From contig CM039008.1 in assembly GCA_017499595.2 (NCBI GenBank), positions 930,001 to 994,000 of the forward strand: a stretch of DNA of 64,000 nucleotides. Reading direction: 5' to 3'. Below the pieces are notes generated by a model that was given only the letters and a program-made list of their open reading frames with translations, ran no database searches and was not told where the DNA came from. This document shows, piece by piece, positions 60,628-64,000 of this stretch (positions within the stretch are counted from its first letter, which is position 1; each line of letters starts with the position of its first letter). The stretch comes from Psilocybe cubensis (Eukaryota). Position numbers and translations under genes: made by a program.

Positions 60628-63600
60628 GCTTCCAGGTTTTTGTTCAAGGAGCATGGACTATGCAAAAGATAACCAATATTCCAAAAGGCAGATGTGCTTT
60701 AAAAACCACTTCAACAGCCAGAAGAAAGCAACTCTTTGCATCAGATATTCAGAAAACCACTAAAAACCCCAATGCAAAGAAGCATAAAAGTCTTCTTGCC
60801 TCCGATGCTACTAATTTGATGGATTGTGGAGAAGCAAATGTTAGAATTACTAGAAGCGGGAAAAAGATAGTTTCTTAGTTATATAAATTGTTTATACTAT
60901 GCTATGCTCCATATAGTCGCTAAAATACCTCGCCATTAAACTAAATACCAACCATGCTGATAAAAGTGTAATTTCTGGCATTCCAAGATCCACATATGCC
61001 CCATCTGCTAATGCTTGAAACTCTTCAGATATATACCTATAAGTTTTTTATCTTTTTTCTTCCCCTTCATATGATTCTTGTAAGCGGAATACAGTTTTGG
61101 GATTAACCCTAATAGAGCAATTGCATGCGTTGATTCTGACTGACGTAGGATTAACAAGCATGTTAGTTGGTGAAAAACCATAGGGATTTTCTTTCTTCTT
61201 ATTGCCTGTACTTCCTACTAGAAATAGCAATAGTTGTCTAAATGGGAATATTCTCTGTTCAGTATCCAGAAGTTCCTTGCATTAGTATTATTGTAGACTC
61301 CTGTATATGAAAAGAGAATACTATTAGGTGTTCCATTATATCCGTGCTTATTATTAGTCTCAAACCTTATTTTATTGCAGACTGCAATACTCAGCTACAA
61401 CACAGAAAGAGATGTCTAAATCTAAACAATGCTTATTAAGCCCTCTACCTCACGGCATAAGTCAAGTACTAAAATTGAAATGTACACTACCACATGGTAG
61501 TAATACATATAATAGCCAGCAGAATGCTTACTCATATAATACTATCAGTATACTGGGTCTCAGAGAAATAAAAGAAAGATTGCTAAGCACTCCTAGTCAT
61601 AATGAGTCATCTGTCGAGCATGATATACTGGCAACTGATATAATCAATGGACTTTAAGAGTAAGCATGCTTGCTAGTAAGCCTAGCAGAAATGCAGGAAC
61701 ACTGCCCCTATGAAATGACTTGTAGAGATGCAGTAGTAGTATTATTAAGAGTTCTATTTTTATTTGTAATTATGTTTCCTTAAATCTCTCCTCTCAATGG
61801 CTAGCATAATATAAATTAAACCATGTATTGTAGTCTAAAGACAAGCAATCTCATGCCCAAAAATTGAAAATACAGATTGATTCTAAACCTCTGCATTTGA
61901 TACAGTATGATAAGTTGTTTTGTGAACAAACTTGTCATTTAAGTGAAGGAAAACATAAATATAGTTCAGCCAGACTTGGATATAAGTACTCTGGTGCCTA
62001 AGAGCGCTTGTATTGCAAGTCATTTTTACACAATCTGAGTTAGCACTCAGGAAGTGACTAGGACAAAAGGCCACCAGTGTGAGTCCGCAAGTTCTTCTCT
62101 GAGGAAAAAGCTTTCATTCCATTTTTATTAAAGCCAAGAGGGCATCTATGACCAAGAAGATTGCAGTTTCAATTATTGTTTGCCAAATGGGCACCTGTAA
62201 CCAAAAGGGTTACAGTTTTGATTATTAAGACTTTGAGAATCTACTCCTATACCTATTAAGGAAGAATCCCATCTCTAAACAAGACTGTTTATACTAAGAA
62301 ACTTGAAGAATGAGTGTATGCACACAACTTTGATAAGTGCTTTTACTTGCACCTGTGAATTAGAAGTGAAACAATCTCTTTGCAATTGCAAGGGTGTGCA
62401 ACACTGTGCATACTATCCACCCATCACATATATTTAAAGCCTATACTGTTCCGGGAAGAATAATAATAGCTTTGCTTTCCTCCCAGTGACAAACACAAAT
62501 GTTGCAATCTATTGTTTTGGGAATTGTACCATCACTCCAAACAAAACATTTTACCAGAACTAGCTTAATTCAATATCCAGCTGGCTTAATAAGCACATAT
62601 GACCAGGCACAGAAATTTTGGCCAATGCTAGCGCATTAAATAGGACAAAAGCTGGCAGAAAGGTGGGAATAAAAAGACTTGTCCCTCTCTTTGGTTGGGC
62701 CTCATAACTAGTTAGTAATTGCTCCTGATAAGATGTCATCAGACATACCTTTATCAAAGTTCACAGGCATAAAAGTGCTTTATGCCAGCAAACACACTAT
62801 TGCCATTCATTAATTGTGTTATCATAGTTGAGGATGTTCACAAACTCAAGGTTGGGTGTGATTTTGACTGCACCAGCTCATTGAGGATATTCACAAACTT
62901 GAGGTTGTTCTGCTTTGGGTGTGATTTTGACTGCACCAGCTTATCTTCAGTCCCGCACTAAACATTGTAGGCATTATTTCTAAAAACATCCAAAAAAATA
63001 AAGAATTTTAACTCTTCTCAAATAAAATAAAACAGAGAAAAAATCTTGCACCAAAAGTAAGAACTCTATTTCAACTGCTGCCTCTCACATCATGCATAAA
63101 ATGTGGCCTGCCCAACTATGATGCAGACCAAATATCTTGTTCCACATATACTCCTGGGTATAATTGTTGCTGAGCAGAGTAGGATAATATGGCAGATGAT
63201 CATATATGTAGATAAGCTGGTGTGGTAGTGAATGCTTTTTGTTTTTAAATATTCTGGTGGAATGACAATATTGTCTACTAGATGTATAGAACAGACAGAG
63301 TATGTTGTGTTGAGTAGGGCAGTTGGAGTGAAGGCCATGGTAGTCAACATGAGATAAAGATGCTTTGATTTCCAGGGCAGCAACAATATTAACGGTAGAC
63401 ACACAGGGTTGGCTGCAAAGAAATTTGACAATATTGGCACAGAGTGTTGTATTGAGGTTGTAGCAGCATGACAAAGCTACTATGAGTGGATTGAACTGGA
63501 AAAAGAAAGACATAGGTCATATATAGCATAAGCACAAGCATGTATACATGTGCAGGTATCAAAGCAAGCAATGCAAGGTGCTGTGTGATGAAGTGGTATG

Positions 63601-64000
63601 TGAGTGTTGTTATGCCTGGGTTTGGAGGTTAGGGGGTGGAGTGGTTATTGTAGGTGTGGAGGGGTTTGTGAACATGGTTATTGTTGTAGGTGTGGGGTGT
63701 TGGAGGAGTACAAGTGCAAATTTGAGGGAGTAATATAATGACCATGTCTATTTGGCATAGGTGTGTGCAAGAGCAATGTCAGAGATGCCCAAAGCTGTTG
63801 GCAACTGTGCATGCAACTGTCCATGCATGCTCACATGCCTTGATTTATGTCTATATCTGTATTCATATCAATGCAAATGGCCCCCACCCATTGTAAATGC
63901 CAAAGCAGACAATACTGACACTGATAAGGAAAAAAAAAACCAAAGTATTAGCAATAGAAGAAGATGGAATTCTATACCTGCATTCTTTACACCTACACCT
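60628..64000. repeat. AT-rich, CpG-depleted degenerate repeat/transposon-derived sequence (unclassified)
   Basis: Low GC, almost no CpG, no coherent ORFs; adjoins the recognised transposons. Confidence 0.5.
62828..62941. repeat. Local tandem duplication of ~55 bp
   Basis: TTGAGGAT.TTCACAAACT..AGGTTG...GGTGTGATTTTGACTGCACCAGCT occurs twice; the second copy carries a short insertion. Confidence 0.85.

Overview
Eukaryotic fungal genomic DNA with many short (~50-70 nt) GT-AG introns. Gene content and splice signals (GTRNGT donors, CTRAY branch sites) point to an agaricomycete basidiomycete; this is an inference and the species cannot be determined. Positions 1-56.4 kb hold about 16 intron-containing genes: a UBR7/Mlo2-like E3 ligase, an acyl-CoA oxidase/dehydrogenase-like flavoprotein, an MCT-type MFS transporter, an FAD monooxygenase, a synaptobrevin v-SNARE, a CAMKL-type kinase, the DNA polymerase epsilon catalytic subunit, a DUF4246 protein, ASE1/PRC1, an NRPS-like A-T-R carboxylic acid reductase, an orphan coiled-coil protein, mitochondrial release factor 1, an NmrA/EasG-like reductase, an SPX-RING protein ending in a CaaX box, sphingolipid C9-methyltransferase and ribosomal protein L24. 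An 893-bp MITE lies at 45.3-46.2 kb. From about 56.8 kb to the end the sequence is an AT-rich, CpG-depleted repeat block with a non-autonomous Helitron-like element and a full-length DD34E Tc1 transposon with 211-bp TIRs. The most notable observations are: an exon that is only the start codon in RPL24, a start codon split by an intron plus an 8-nt micro-exon in the v-SNARE, a candidate poison exon in the SPX-RING-CaaX gene, an NRPS-like/EasG-like pairing resembling piperazine/imine-reducing pathways, and Tc1 TIRs whose inner binding sites are inverted rather than direct. Exon models were read by eye and need RNA-seq confirmation. I found no clearly novel multi-gene system.
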